A stretch of 63,581 nt of DNA, counting the filler, from Folioceros fuciformis (taxonomy: Eukaryota): NCBI GenBank assembly GCA_049999805.1. It is 5 parts of 5 records of this genome, joined end to end, with 100 filler letters (N's around TTAATTAATTAA, not from the genome) between each part and the next. Parts side by side here need not be neighbours in the genome. Positions count along the whole stretch, not along the records: positions 55,881 to 63,581 come from JBNGIO010004137.1; 4 more parts are not named here. One strand, given 5' to 3'. Of this stretch, positions 62,939-63,581 are shown one piece after another. The notes beneath the pieces were generated by a model, which saw only the letters and a list, made by a program, of their open reading frames with translations, searched no databases and was not told the origin of the DNA. Every line of letters starts with the position of its first letter. Position 1 is the stretch's first letter. The position numbers were made by a program, and so were the translations under genes.

Positions 62939-63581
62939 ATGGCGATGTACACAGCAAAACGTTTACCAGCAAATGAGGATAGAATCTACAAGGCAAGAGT
63001 ACATGAGGATAAACTACGGGATAGAATTGCGTTTGTCAATGAGTATCGACATCTCATGCTCAATGCTGAATTTGAATGTGCTGGAGTTCCCAAAAGCAAA
63101 ACTAGGAATATGCTTGAAAGGTTTGAAGCAATGAAAGCAGAGGAAGATAAGAAGATTGAAGAGAAGAGAAATAGATTGAGACAATGTATATATGAAGAGG
63201 ACACACTACTTCAATTAGAACTGCAAACCGCCACCATGAATCTGGTAGAAAGGAGAGCTTGGCTAGAAACGAGAGCTCGGAATTTGAGACTACAACGTGA
63301 AGCAATGAGAGGGCACATTGCTGAAGAGATGCTTCAGAAACAATTTCGAGATAGTACTGATGAAGTTCGAACCCATGATTCTAGGTACATGTATTTCTAT
63401 TGGATGAAAATGATTGCAATATTCACTAAACAACCTTTTTGATTGTGTACTACTTTATGAGTGTAGGTTGGCTGTCATGAGAGCAACAGCTGGCAGGCAA
63501 GCGCAAATAGATGAGAAACGAAGGCAGGCGGAATCAGATAGAGAGAAGAACAAACAGATAGACAAAATGATGGAGAAGGAG
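62939..63581 (+). CDS. CFAP53: Cilia- and flagella-associated protein 53 (FAP53/CCDC11); runs off the window end
   Basis: IEEKRNRLRQCIYEE...RARNLRLQRE..R..IAEEMLQKQFRDSTDEVR...RQAQIDEK is colinear with recalled CFAP53 motifs (IEERRNKLRELL..EE; QQFRERCEELR; RKAQI). GT-AG intron ~63385-63467. Confidence 0.85.

Overview
Eukaryotic nuclear DNA from a seed-free land plant, most likely a hornwort (Anthoceros-like). That call is an inference from very compact genes with ~80-100 bp introns, a WW-type PPR C-terminus, a relic of a KP-type (U-to-C) DYW domain and the flagellar gene CFAP53. The window is not one locus. Four artificial 100-nt spacers (44 N + TTAATTAATTAA + 44 N) join five scaffolds: 1-12150, 12251-32882, 32983-46368, 46469-55780 and 55881-63581. 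Recognisable genes are a canonical PLS-DYW editing factor, an NFKBIL1-like ankyrin protein, a DUF2358/SnoaL-like protein, VPS35L (5' cut), a long WW-type PPR lacking the deaminase site, kanadaptin, DPH1, a COA4-like CHCH protein, a CW-MBD protein, a TBL acetyltransferase, an atypical LRR-III kinase (5' cut), a monoacylglycerol lipase, a BONZAI copine and CFAP53 (3' cut). Four pseudogene relics are largely missed by the ORF track: a DYW:KP domain, an inverted PPR N-terminus, a neprosin with three transition-type stops, and DDX54/DBP10. AT-rich flanks carry minisatellites, a telomere-like satellite and a 51-bp palindrome. I found no CRISPR array and no RNA gene. All protein assignments come from recalled motifs, not from searches.
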